Notes under the pieces: model-generated
Told to the model about the DNA's origin: nothing
Database searches by the model: none
What the model saw: only the letters and a program-made list of their open reading frames with translations
Part shown: piece by piece, positions 1-11,508 of the stretch
Layout of the letters: every line of letters starts with the position of its first letter
How positions within the stretch are numbered: the stretch's first letter is position 1
Source of the DNA: Leidyana gryllorum EB-2025a
Lineage: Eukaryota; Protista; Apicomplexa
Length of the DNA: 64,000 nucleotides
Assembly (NCBI GenBank): GCA_048772705.1
Contig: JBLWGC010000104.1
Span: forward strand, 62,001 to 126,000
Direction of reading: 5' to 3'
Program-made: the position numbers and the translations under genes

Positions 1-1142
1 CATCCATTCAATGTCGTCTTGTGTTGCAAGAGGCGAATTAATTCCTCCTGCAGTCACCAATCCCCATGGCAAACAGTAAAACATTCCTTACCCAATGATA
101 GGTAACCACCTGTGATCACTATGGTTGAAGAGAGCCTGCGTGTGAGATTTACTGCTCACCTGTGTCATTGCTAAAGTATGCGAATTGGTTGCGTCGCCCG
201 ATGCGTGTAAGAACTTCCTGTAGCTCAATAGCACGGAGATACTGCTGTCTGCCACCCACTTGATCTTTGACTTCGTCAATGAGAGCCTTACGGCCGGCTT
301 CCTTCTGTTCACTTGATCTGTTTATATTTTGCGTCAAACGAGGAAGGTGGGCTCTCGTCACTCACGTAAAGCCCAATCCCATTATGCCGTCCCAACCAAG
401 ACGCTGAAGTCGGCGAATCGACATAGATGATAAATGTTGGAGTGACTCACTGACAGAATGGGAACGTCCATTGACGTAACAAGATTGATGGTAGCGTCTA
501 CATTAACTTCATCCCCTAAATTGACTGTGGGCGGTGAAGTTGGTGATGGGTAATTGGGTGACTGCTTACGGAGTTCTCTTCCGAGAAAAGCTTGGACGTT
601 ACCGCTCAAGAACTGTCAAGGTAGTATGAGGTGGCGTAATCTATGCTTCGTAAGCGTACCTTAACAAAGGTTGTGATGGTGAACCCTAAGGAATCTCTCA
701 ACAATCTTAACGTCGGAGTGGGAGAATACTGCTTGTGGTTCATGCAATCTGGTGAATGACATTGGTCTGATATGATCCAGCTATCGCTAGCTCCCGTATC
801 GAACATGACGGGTATAGCCTGAGCATCTGGTCCAGTTCCTACGGCTGTTTGTGAGATCTGGTATAAGGACTGCGATGAGCAAATGCGGACTGACTTATGA
901 TACTGGAGAACTGATGTGAGCACATGAATGTTGGATGAGAGTCGACAGAGGAAAAACTCACTGATGCTATGTTATCTTGCTTGCGAGCTGCACATGACGG
1001 AAGTGATGAGGTCTTTGTTTTGGTGCAAATTGAGCGTATTACCTCGTCGGAGGAGCGGGAAAGCCATGTGCATCTGTGACTGCAGCTCCAGAGCGTTGGC
1101 GGGGCCCCATAGAGGGACAAAAAGGGGTATGATGAAGCGCAT
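1..1142 (-). CDS. Secreted pepsin-like (A1) aspartyl protease, multi-exon; 3' end runs off the window
   Basis: Signal peptide MRFIIPLFVPLWGPANA (ATG 1142); first catalytic motif and flap VMFDTGASDSWIISDQCHSPDCMNHKQY in ORF 606-923; downstream exons continue to position 1; the second DTG motif is presumably outside the window. Confidence 0.85.
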
Positions 1143-1228
1143 GATTGTGCTGCACACACGTGTGTTCCAGAGGAGGTTCTTAAGTCAGGCAATATTGGGA
1201 AGCACAAAGATAGATGGAGGGGCAGCGA

Positions 1229-4200
1229 TCATAGATACTGAGTGATGTCATCTTCCTCCCTGAGTTTCACTTCAAGTTCTTTGGCGAGGCAACGCGCGTT
1301 GCCGATGACTTCAAGAAGTCTGTGGACAATGTCATCTTGGAGATGTTTCTTCTTGAAGATGGCTTTGAGGCCATTTCGAGCCCTTGTGGTATCGTTCAGA
1401 GCAGAGTCCAATTCCCTCTGAAGATCGCGCACTTCAGCGTCCCTGTCGTTGAGAAGATCTTGGAGGTCTTGGATGCGTTTGTTTTTATTCTCCTCAAGGG
1501 AGTGTAGTGCACGTGCAGATTTGTTGGCAGCATCATCCGCTTCAGCTTTGTGGTTATCGAAAGCAGCCTGCACCTCGCGGAGCAGGTTGCGATACCTGTC
1601 GCATTCCTCGTGTATGTCGCGCAAATCTGCTTCAAGTGTTTTGATTTCCTGATCGTGAGCCTGCTGATTATCCCTGGTCCGTTCTTCTGCAGCGCGGAGG
1701 AGATTATAGAGCTCATCTAAACGGCGGCTCTGTTCTTGGTTATCATGGAGAAGAGCCGATTTTTCGCGTCTAAGGGTGAGTAATTTTTCCTCGGATTCAG
1801 TTGCGAGGTTGTGTATCTGAGCATCGAGCTCCTTTTGGCGAGCATTAGCAGCTTCAAGCGCTTTGGAGACAATTGACAATTCGTCTCTTTTCGATAACAA
1901 AGATTTTGAAAGGTTATCCCTCTCGTCGGTGAGTGATGAAATTTGTTTGTCCAGATTGATCGCTTGTTCCTGAGCGTCGCTGGATATTCTCCGAAGCTCT
2001 CCAGTGAGTGAGCTGACTTGTTGTTCGAGTCTGACAATCTCTTCGTGATGATTTTCAAGTTGATGATCCCTTTCCTGGAGCGTCACTTGCGCATCACGCA
2101 GGCTCCTTTGCAGATCTTCTTGCTCAGACTTGAGCCTATTGTAGTCATGTTGCAATGTCTGCATTTGAGCCTCCCACTGTGCTTTTTCTTCTTCGTGAGC
2201 TTCGATAAGAAGCGCTCGATCTTCTTCGGCCTCGTCAATAGCCTTGAGTCGTCGTCGTTCGGCTTCCTCGACGACTTTGCGGCGTTCTTCGAGGGCGGCC
2301 CCCTCGAAGCTTTTCAGTCGTCCAGCGGCTTCTTCGATTATCCGTTGCTTCTCAGCTTCTCCCTCCTCCATCAATCTCTGTTTTTCCTCGAGCCATTGCT
2401 CTCCTTCCATCTCGAATCGATTGCGAACGTCGTTAAGGTCGCCCTGGAGGATGCCGACTTCCGTCTTGTGTTTCAGACGCAGTTCTTCCAAAACGTCGGC
2501 GTGTTTTGTTTCCAACTGGCCCATAGCAGCGCCATACTCAGCCTTGAGATTGGCCACCGTCACTGCGTGGTCTGCTTTTAGTGCACTGAGATCCTGCTCA
2601 AATTTGGCCAGCGACATGTGATAACGTTTGACCTCTTCGGCGTGCTTCTGCGCGGTTTGCTGATGACGCTGTTGTTCGGCCGCGAGCTCTTCTCTAACGG
2701 CTTGGACTTGGGCATCTTGAGCCGCCAATTGCGCCAGTTGGTGTCCGAGATCCGCACGTGCGCGATCGATCTCGTCCTTCAAGGCATTGATCTCCTCCTT
2801 GTGTTTGCGTGTCTCGCTTTCGAGAGCTCGGAGATGCCGGGCTTCAATTGCCTTCAATTCTTGCTGCAATTCTTGGGCGTGTGACTTTTGCAGTTCCCCT
2901 TTCTGGCGCTCAAAATTCGTTTGGGCATCCGCCAATGCCCGTTGAGCCGATTCGGTGGCTTGTTGTTTCTGTCGCTCAAAATCGGTCCGAGCTTCCGCCA
3001 GCAGACGGTCAGTTGCTCTGGCAGCCTCCTCTTGTTGACTTTTGAAGGTGGCTTCATTCTGGGCACACTTTGTTTGCTCTTTTTCCAGTTTGTCCAGAGC
3101 CCGCAGGGTGGCGTTCTGGGCTTCCTGTAGGGTCTGCTGGAGGGCGGCAATGGCTGTTTTGCAGTCAGATAACTCTGCAACAGCCTGACCGTATTGGATC
3201 TTTTGATTGGCGATCTCATTCTCTGCAGCGTGATGTTTGCGGTGGCACTCTTTGAGCGACTCGTCCAGGGCGGTGGCCCGACCCTCGGCGGAATCCCGTT
3301 CCCGCAGAGCTGTTTGCAAATCTAAGAGGAGCTCTTCGGTCATAGTCTTCTCTCTGGCCGCTTGAGCTGTCCAAGAGGCCACTTGTTGCTTCAGCCGTGC
3401 AATCTCTCCGTCTCGTTCCTCTACTATCCCACGAAGTTGCTCTAATTCCGCCTCGGCCCTCGTCTCCGAGTCTTTCAATTCTCGCTGCATCCTCACCTTG
3501 TCTGCCTCCCAGTTCCTTCGCGACTCCGCCATCTCCCGTCCGACTCGATCATAGGCCTCACTCCTCTCTGTAATCTCCTCCTTCAGCCTCGAGACCTCTT
3601 TCTCTCTGGTCGTCGCCCGGAGCGCTGCCTCGGCCCCCTTCGCGTTGGCTTCCTCGAGCGCTCTGGTCAAAAAGGACACTTCTCGAGTCAATCGAGTGGC
3701 GTGTTGGCGCCCTTCGCCAACCTCCACCTTCAGTTCATCGCGCTCAGCCTCTAATGCCTGCCGGTTGTGGATCCAATGGCTCTCGGCACTCTTCAGCCGC
3801 CGCAACTCCTCCGCATCGGTCCTCATTTGACTCTCCGCTCGGCACAAATGGAGTATCACGTCGCGAACCGTCCCACTGATGTGATTATCCTCCATCTGCA
3901 GCAGAGGAGCAGCACGTGTGGAAACCAACGACGTCGGCTGCCAGTGCTCACCTTTGCGCTGAGACTTTGATGAGGCAGCGGTTTGATAAAATCCAGGCGG
4001 TAGCCCCCGGAAGGCCAGGAGGGCGGCGAGCCAGAAAGATTCCCTCCACCACTCAGGATAATTGACTGCACAAAGTCGCCATCGTATAGTAAACAGGCTT
4101 TATGGGCCTCCAAGTTCGGCGGAATTGGAAAGGTCGCAGTCAAAATGCGCCATTTCTCCGTCCGCAAGTTGAATTCATGCAAGGTACCCAACGTTCGCGG

Positions 4201-5710
4201 CGCCGAAGACCCAGATAGCACTGCCGCTCCCCCGTGGACCATCCAGTGACAGTCCAGGATGGTCGCTGCCGGGCTGATGTCAACAAAACAGTACTCATCC
4301 AAACTGCGCCACCACAAACTTACAATGTGCGCGGCTGTGGCGCGTTGGAGCTTGCCTCAATTCGTGACCATTTGCCTGTTTGGGAACTAAACTTCCAAAC
4401 GCTCGAATCACATAGTTTGTTCTTCACTTGACCTCCGTAAACGTACAAATGACCATTGTAAAGAGCACTGATGTGTCCCCAACGTCGCGGCGGCCGCTGC
4501 GAGACATCGGCAACCATCTTTTCCCAACAGGCATTCTCTAGATCTAATACCCAGATTTCTGTATCTTCATGACATCCGTATCCACCGTATACGAACATAA
4601 ACTTGTCTCTGCAGGGCCGACCGTCAATCAACCAGCCAAGGGCAAACGGCCGAAGAAAGTGTGCGACCGTCGAAAGTGGGGCAGTCTCGAATGTGTGGGA
4701 GTCTCGAAAGTGTGGGAGTGTCGAATGTGTGGGAGTATCGAATGTGTGGGAGTCTCGGAAGGGTGGGAGTGTCGAACGTGGGGGAGTCTCGAAAGGGTGG
4801 GAGTGTCGAAAGTGTGGGAGTGTCGAATCTGGGTGAGCCTCGGGCACGGGGGGGAAGCAAGGGGGTCTCGGATGCAGCAATCTCGAGGCTTACGAGAACA
4901 TTACGGCCGAATGGTAGGCTCTGGCGCCGGGTTTGTCGCCCTGGACTTTGAGTTCTTTCCATTGGTGGGAGATGGGGTCATATTCCCAAACATCATTGAA
5001 GTAGATGAGATCGGAGCCGGTAGCAACGTCTTCATCCGGAGTGGTCGCGGTGGTGGCGGTAGTATTGGTGGTGGTTGTGGCCGAGCATGGAGGGGAGTCG
5101 AGTGTTCGCAATGTCCGCAGTCCCGATCCTCCGATCGATTGTCGGTTTCGCGCGGTGCGACGCGATACAGCGTGCCCCAGCGTACCGACACCTCCAAAGA
5201 GTATTAGGGTTTGCGATTTTTCGCGAGTTACCAGCGTATGTCCTTTACGCTTTTCGGGCCAGAGTTGGCCGTCGGCCTGTTTAGTGGTTCGCCAGAGGCC
5301 GGTTGCCAGATTCAAACAGCATAAATCATTGAGCAGTTGAACGTCAGCCTTGGGGTCTCGAAGGGGCACCTCACCTCCGAACACATAAATTGACCTATGG
5401 GCTGTCGCAACACCATGATGCAGTCGAGGCGGAGCGGCTTCGTCATGTTTGGCACTCGCGGTTAGTCTTTCGAATCGACTCCGCTCCATCAGATTCCGCT
5501 TCATTGTGGGTGAACATCCCGCAACAGTCGATGTCTCTCCGTTGAGGGGAAACGGTCCTGGAACATATTTGATCTCCGCTCTGGGAATCAATGGTGCAGG
5601 CGATCCGTCGCGACTTCGAGTGGACGCCACAATCACCTCTACTCGTCTGTCAGTCAACACACAATGTACTCATTCGATCGATGCGGCTGGACTCACTCGC
5701 TAGCGCCCAT
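1229..5710 (-). CDS. Kelch beta-propeller protein with a ~890-aa C-terminal coiled coil
   Basis: ATG 5710 (MGASE) splices in phase into ORF 4890-5660. Kelch repeats include IYVFGG, LILFGG, MFVYGG, LYVYGG, MVHGG and IILSGG with W-ending strands. An intron after QSLSAK joins the E/Q/K/R heptad-rich ORF 1229-3928. Confidence 0.8.
4671..4840. repeat. 17-bp minisatellite (~10 copies, consensus CGAAWGTGTGGGAGTST) inside a Kelch-gene intron
   Basis: Contiguous 17-nt units read directly from 4671; lies within the minus-strand GT-AG intron 4609-4893. Confidence 0.9.
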
Positions 5711-5779
5711 GGGCTTTTTTTGCCCAACCTTTGGTGAGTGATGGAGCCGAAAAATGACCACCCTGGCACGCACTTCCTC

Positions 5780-6300
5780 ATGGATGAGCTTTCGTCACTC
5801 ATATCACGCCCTCTAGCTACCGTCGCTGCCCAGGTGAAACACTCGTTACAGCTATCCAATAACTAACTCGCTCGCTCGCATCGCACAGGCACTCGCCTCA
5901 ACTCAACATGCCATCACCTTTTTACTCACCCAACGAAGACTGCCAAAGAAGGGCTGGACACCCGAACAAATTCGACTGCTACTTGATCACATAGCTCTCA
6001 TGGACGCGTGAGTGCCTAACGGTCTACGCAGAATCCCGGAAGAAGTCTCAACTTATCAACAGCAATAATCACACCAGCGTGGCCAACGTAGGAGAACGCG
6101 AAGGCCGAGTCTTCTCCTCCATATGTCGACAACGCCACTTTGGATTGGCGCACGGCATCGGCCGCTCGGGAGATATCATGGCCATGCAGCCCAAAGCTGC
6201 GGGCTCCAGCCTCGTCAACTCCCTCACTAAACATCTGGCTGCCGATGCCCTCAGAGTCTGCGGCCTCAAAGTGAGTCAGAGCCCCACCTCCCACCCAACT

Positions 6301-6336
<36 letters not shown>

Positions 6337-7576
6337 CCCCTGACAGACGTCGCACAAGGCCATTGTACTCCCCTTAGCGACCGGGATGACAATGAATCTC
6401 TGCTTCCAATGGTTCAAGGTGAGCTCTGCCTCCCCTTCGCAACGCCGTTGACCCTCCCACCACTGCAGTCCAAAGCTGACGCGCGGCGGACCAGAGTCGT
6501 ATGGACTCGAATAGATCAGAAGACTTGTGTCAAAGCCATCAAGGCCGCTAATCTAGAAATCATCACTGTCAATCCACATCTGGAAAGCGACGGAAGTTTA
6601 ACCACCGGACTCACCGAAACTGATCTCATTCGCAACGGTCCAGACACAATCCTCGCCCTTGTCGCCACAACGTCCTGTTTTGCTCCTCGGGAACCCGATA
6701 ATCTACAGATATTCGTTGAGGTAAATAAACGAAATGAAATGGCTCCTCTCAGCTCGCTCACTCCATACAGCTATGCCGCAAATATCAACTCCCACTCCTC
6801 GTCAATAACGCCTATGGGGTCCAAGACGACACCTGTATGGCCGAAGTGGATCGTGCCTTGCGCTCAATGCCACGTGAGATTCCGTGCCTCGTTGTACAAA
6901 GCACAGACAAGAACTTCATGGTGCCCGTCGGAGGTGCCATAGTCACTTCCAACAATTCAGAGTGAGTCAACCGCAATCTCGCATAAAACCAATACATACA
7001 GCTTCCTCACGGACCTCGGGGCATTCTATCCCGGCCGAGCCTCCCTGACACCCACCCTCGACCTCTTTTGCACCTTACTGGAAATGGGCTGCGAAACCTT
7101 GGACTGCTTGCGCCACGACCGCTATGCCCTCTTCATTCGGATGAAAACAGCCCTCGAGAGCCTCGCAGCCGCTAATCCGCAGTCTATCAAGGTGCTGCAA
7201 ACTCCAAGAAACACCATCAGTATCGCCGTCTCCATACTCGATCCTCCCATTTTAAGGGGTGCCTTGGGACACGATCGATGCAAGGCTATCACAGAGATCG
7301 GCTCCAAGCTTTGGTACCGCCGGTGAGTCGTTGCTGAAGAAGACTTACGCCATACCCCGCCCCCTCAGATGTAGTGGAGTACGAGCTATTCCTTCGGGGG
7401 CTACCTGTCAACACTGCACGAACATCGGAGGGATCAACTTCAATAATTATGGTAGCCATTGCGATTTTTACCCTGAGAGTTACATAGCTGTGGCGGTGGG
7501 TATAGGGGCTCAGCAATCCGATATTGACAGATTTGTCCCACTTTTCGCCTCCATCCTGGGCCTTTCGAAAAGTTGA
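5780..7576 (+). CDS. SEPSECS: O-phosphoseryl-tRNA(Sec) selenium transferase
   Basis: Motifs LPKKGW, NVGEREGRV, HGIGRSGDIMAMQPKAAGSS, VVWTRIDQKTC, TTSCFAPREPD, YPGRAS and IGSKLWYR; multiple short introns; ATG 5780 inferred from splicing. Confidence 0.95.
6304..6333. repeat. (AC)15 microsatellite in a SepSecS intron
   Basis: Direct reading; explains the THTHTH run in the ORF track. Confidence 0.9.
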
Positions 7577-7579
7577 ACG

Positions 7580-8003
7580 ATGGCAGACAGTTTTGGCCCA
7601 TTCACTGTCAGCCCGCATGAGGTTGTAAAGGAAGGATGGCTACTCAAGCAAAGCCGCTATATGAAGGATTGGCGCAGAAGATGGATCGTTCTTACCCACA
7701 GCCATCTCTGCAGCTTCAAGTCGCCTCAATTCTCTGGCGTCACACCCACAGAAGTCCTTTCTCTCGCTCAATGCTCAACGGTAAAGATCTCCTGCGGACC
7801 ACAGACATAAACTCGTGCCTTAGGTCAAGTCTGCCGATGACGACGTTCAAAAAGCGAATGTGTTTCGTGTCGAGACTCCCGGGCGCATATTCCTGCTCGT
7901 AGCCGACACGGCAGCTGAGAAAGAGGCCTGGATCGGCGCCATTGGCTCTCAAATGATCCGGCCATCCGCCAACCAAGTCTGTGAAGACGATATAGTCTAT
8001 TGA
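7580..8003 (+). CDS. Small stand-alone PH-domain protein (2 exons)
   Basis: KEGWLLKQSRYMKDWRRRWIVL; after intron 7781-7823 continues KSADDDVQKANVFRVETPGRIFLLVADTAAEKEAWIGAIG. Confidence 0.9.
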
Positions 8004-8034
8004 AACACACGTGTGTGCTTGGCTGGAGACACAG

Positions 8035-8628
8035 ATGCTCGCCCCCTCCTGGGTATGGGTTTTGACGGTCTTAAGCCTTCCCAGTTACGCTCTGAAGCCC
8101 AAAGTGAAGGGAAGACGAGCCAGAGAGCTTAGTGAGTGGCAAGTGAATGACGGACACCTAGACATAGATCACTAGTGGAGAACTTGCAAATGGGTGCAAA
8201 CCAAGTTGAACAGCCTCCAACTTTTGACAACGCAGAGGTTAGTTCACGAGCTAGAGACTGTGGTGTGGGAAGAGAAGTCGGTCCTTCAGAGAGCAGAGGA
8301 AGAGGACTTTGTCGATGAGATTGTCAGCACAGCTCAGAAAGGGAGCTTGATAGGATTTGGAGTTAGGAACCCGACCGCAATTCGGCAGATGGTCAAAGCG
8401 ACATCGAGTGATCCTCAGCTTGCCGCTCGTCTTAAATCTCAGTGGCAAGCGGCTCGGCAAGCCAAGGATGCTGAAGTTACTACCGAGATTCAAGAGAACT
8501 ATCCCTACCTCAACGAAACATCATCTACCACTCGCGCCCCGTCAGAGAAATACGTACCACCGGAACAGATCGACGGACCAGTGTCTTGGGCCACAGGACG
8601 CGTCATCAATGTGATGAACATCCCTTGA
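8035..8628 (+). CDS. Hypothetical protein with signal-peptide-like N-terminus; may extend by splicing to ~8838
   Basis: ATG 8035 MLAPSWVWVLTVLSLPSYAL, a GTGAGT...TAG intron, then ORF 8194-8628; no recognised domain. Confidence 0.5.
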
Positions 8629-8819
8629 AGCCGAGCCGCTGGAGCTTGAGTGCGCTAGAACTCTCCAGATATCGGTGTGGGCTCTATTACAATGGGTGGC
8701 CATGGAATCATAAGCATTCTGAGTGACTTGATGGAATCTACTTTCGTGGAATCAAGGAAAAGTTCGTGTGCGCCGCCACCGACAAGCCACCCTCGGGAGT
8801 CAGAGGTTCCACTCCCGGA

Positions 8820-10420
8820 TCACTGGTCGGTCGTTTGATTACGCCTACTCTCATAAAGATGCTGGACGTACTTCACCGACATTGGTGCGTCGTCTGTAAT
8901 GACGCCTGCTACGCCCAAACTGGTTACAAATTCCATGTCAGCTTCATCCTTGATAGTCCACACGTGAACTGGGATACATCGCTCTTGTGCCTCCTATGGA
9001 ATTAATGATAATGCGTCATAAATGTAAAATGACTCACCCTGACAATTTCTGGATGCTTTCTGATATACCGGATATCCAGTCCTAATGCATCGACCAAGCA
9101 AGTCAGATCAAAAGCAACTGGTGGGTTGGCGAGCGAATAGGTCTGGCCGACAGCATCTTTATTCGGACAGGACAGCATCATATCGTTGACGTAGGTGTGT
9201 ACACTGTCCTCACAAAATCTGATACGATCCTCCCCCGTCAAATGAGGCGGAAGCAAGCTGACGGGCACGATCTTGAGACCAGTGATGGCTGAGTCTTCAC
9301 AATCTGCACAACTGTTGGCTCCCCCCGCCGCCCGAGATTGAAGGAAACCTTTGTTTGCACTTCGGAAAGGAGCCACAATATCGTCCGATGTACCGGACGG
9401 CGGCTGCAAACAGTCGAGAGTGTTAAGCGGAGCTCCAGCGAGCTGAGAATCCTTCAGAATGGTCGCAGTGATGCCCACAAACATTTCTCCGAAGGTGCCC
9501 GGAAGCCGAACAAATGATCCCTCTGCATCGCCCTCGAACGCTTCCCGCAGCATACGTTGCAGCCACCGATCTTCAGTACAGCAGTCCGGCGGCAAGTCAT
9601 AAGTTGTGTGGAGTATTGTAGACAGTCCAACCAGACTGATGTCCGGGTTCCGGAATCCCAAATGATGTCTCAGCCGAATCAAGTCGCCAACCTCAAAGGA
9701 CTGTATGTGGAGCGGGAAGGGAACATTTCGGTATCCGGCAGTTTTTGAACTCAGATATGCCAGAAAGACCTCCAACAGGTCAATGTCACGACGACTTTGA
9801 TGCCAAGTGCTATGTTTGATCTCCAGATACAACCCTTTGGGGGTGGGAGAAGCCACCGCCATTTCCCAGAGGTCATCGAGGGTAGCAATCGGGTAATGAC
9901 TGTCGAGGTATGACTGACACCGCTGATGTGAGGCGCACGGAGCGCTCAACTTGCTGATAGTATCGTTCCACTGATAGTCAGGCGTATACCAACCCTGACT
10001 CGGTCTAGCATCTTCACGAATGAAGGCTTTCCAACCTTCATGGCGCACACGCTTTCCACTTAGTTCAAAATCAACAACAGGGTCCAACCACTCCTTGCGC
10101 TGCTCGCTTTCGGGGAGGAGACTTCGATATCGATCGTGATTCGCATTGCTGGCCTTTGTCAGGTCAGGTTCATGCTGGCATACCAGAACGCCGTCACTAG
10201 TGATAGTCAAATCACACTCCAGAAAATCAACATCTCGTGAGCTCCATTGTTCTCGATATGCTGCCACAGAGGACTGGGGATACTTGAGTGAGCCTCCTCT
10301 GTGGGCAATAAGTTGCGGCCGTCCTTGGAAGGTCCCAGCACACGTGTGTGTTTCTTGGGGGCTTGATGGACGGGGAGATGCAAGGCTCAAAGTAGCTAAG
10401 GTGACTAACTTTCCTAACAT
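8820..10420 (-). CDS. Secreted glycerophosphodiester phosphodiesterase (GDPD family)
   Basis: Signal peptide MLGKLVTLATLSLAS; IAHRGG, LECDLTITSDGVLVCQHE, LYLEIK and IQSFE; last exon PVHVWTIKDEADMEFVTSLGVAGVITDDA. Confidence 0.9.
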
Positions 10421-10623
10421 GGCGAGTGAGTAGTTTGGGCGCAGGGGCAATTTGGCGCAGGTGGGAAAATGCGAGTCGATCAAAGCAGCGGCATGATGGT
10501 GGTTGGACGAACGGGAGACCTGGCGAACTTGGGCCCACACAGTGAGAGAAGTATCAGGAGCTGGTGCTTGTTTGGTACAGACAGAAGAACAACAAAAGGT
10601 TCCAATGCACCAAAATGCTCCCT

Positions 10624-11382
10624 TTACACCAGTCTAGGCCTGAAAAAGCTCACTGTGATCTCCATGGCCTTTCTGCTTTCCTCCTTTTCCTTTTCATTGA
10701 TTGGACGACAAGCAAGTCCATGAGTGCAACCAATGTGCTCGCTGACAGTGATAAGTGACGGCACCTTGGCCTGCCATTGTCGGGCGAGCTCCAATGGAAA
10801 AGGCTCATCATTTTCGGCCGCGCATATATGTAGGGGCTTTTTGATTAATGTGGGGTCGAAACTTTGACTTCGGGACGGATGAGCAATAAGTCCACCGATA
10901 AGTTGGGCTTCATCAGTTCCCCGTTGTAAGATTGAGCACACGCTGGGCGCACCCCAACAGAAGCCCACCACACCAATACTGGTGGCCTTTTCGTTCTTTA
11001 TCAGATGAGTGACGAGATCGTTATTGACACGAATTGATTGTTCCGGATCAGCCGACTTAAGCCATTCCATGAATGCAGCCATGAATTGCTCTCTGTCGCG
11101 CAGTCTAAAGTCCATGTAATGTCCGAACAGATAGTCTGGTACGAGTACCCGTACATTGGACGGTAGCCTCGCAGCATAATCGTCGGCCAATAGACGTGAA
11201 TTATTGTACTTGAACCCAAATACATCAGTGAATATTATGATCACAGCATCCCCCTTTCCAACTTCATAGACATCCAAAACAACACCTCCTCCCAGATCAA
11301 TCTTCCGCTCCTGACCGACCGGTGTTCCGGGCCGTTCGAGACCCGGATCCGCGCACTTAGAGCAATGACCATCCATACTCAT
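10624..11382 (-). CDS. Dienelactone hydrolase family alpha/beta hydrolase
   Basis: DVFG, nucleophile elbow GVVGFCWGA, AENDE and C-terminal HG; single exon. Confidence 0.9.
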   Translation of the reverse strand: MSMDGHCSKCADPGLERPGTPVGQERKIDLGGGVVLDVYEVGKGDAVIIIFTDVFGFKYNNSRLLADDYAARLPSNVRVLVPDYLFGHYMDFRLRDREQFMAAFMEWLKSADPEQSIRVNNDLVTHLIKNEKATSIGVVGFCWGAPSVCSILQRGTDEAQLIGGLIAHPSRSQSFDPTLIKKPLHICAAENDEPFPLELARQWQAKVPSLITVSEHIGCTHGLACRPINEKEKEESRKAMEITVSFFRPRLV

Positions 11383-11508
11383 CACAGCAGCACTTTACTT
11401 TTTTCACCAACAAGTCAGAGGTTTCGTTTGAGCCTATCACACAAGAAAATGCGATCGGGCGCTATCTACACTAGCTACTAATAGAGAGGCAAGATGCTCC
11501 CATCAAGA

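Noticed and set aside
1322-3970. Many plus-strand ORFs opposite the coiled-coil exon, and similar ORFs opposite COPB2, GWD and the large ORF
   Set aside because: Antisense shadows with no domain signal
4671-4840. CRISPR-like periodic repeat, and repetitive peptide ORFs at 4320-4880 and 4569-5207
   Set aside because: Units are contiguous with no unique spacers, there are no cas genes, and the repeat lies within a phase-consistent spliceosomal intron
8795-8818. tRNA-like or ncRNA hairpin (CGGGAGT...ACTCCCG with GGTTCC)
   Set aside because: No cloverleaf can be built; it is a 7-bp stem in a zone of converging 3' ends
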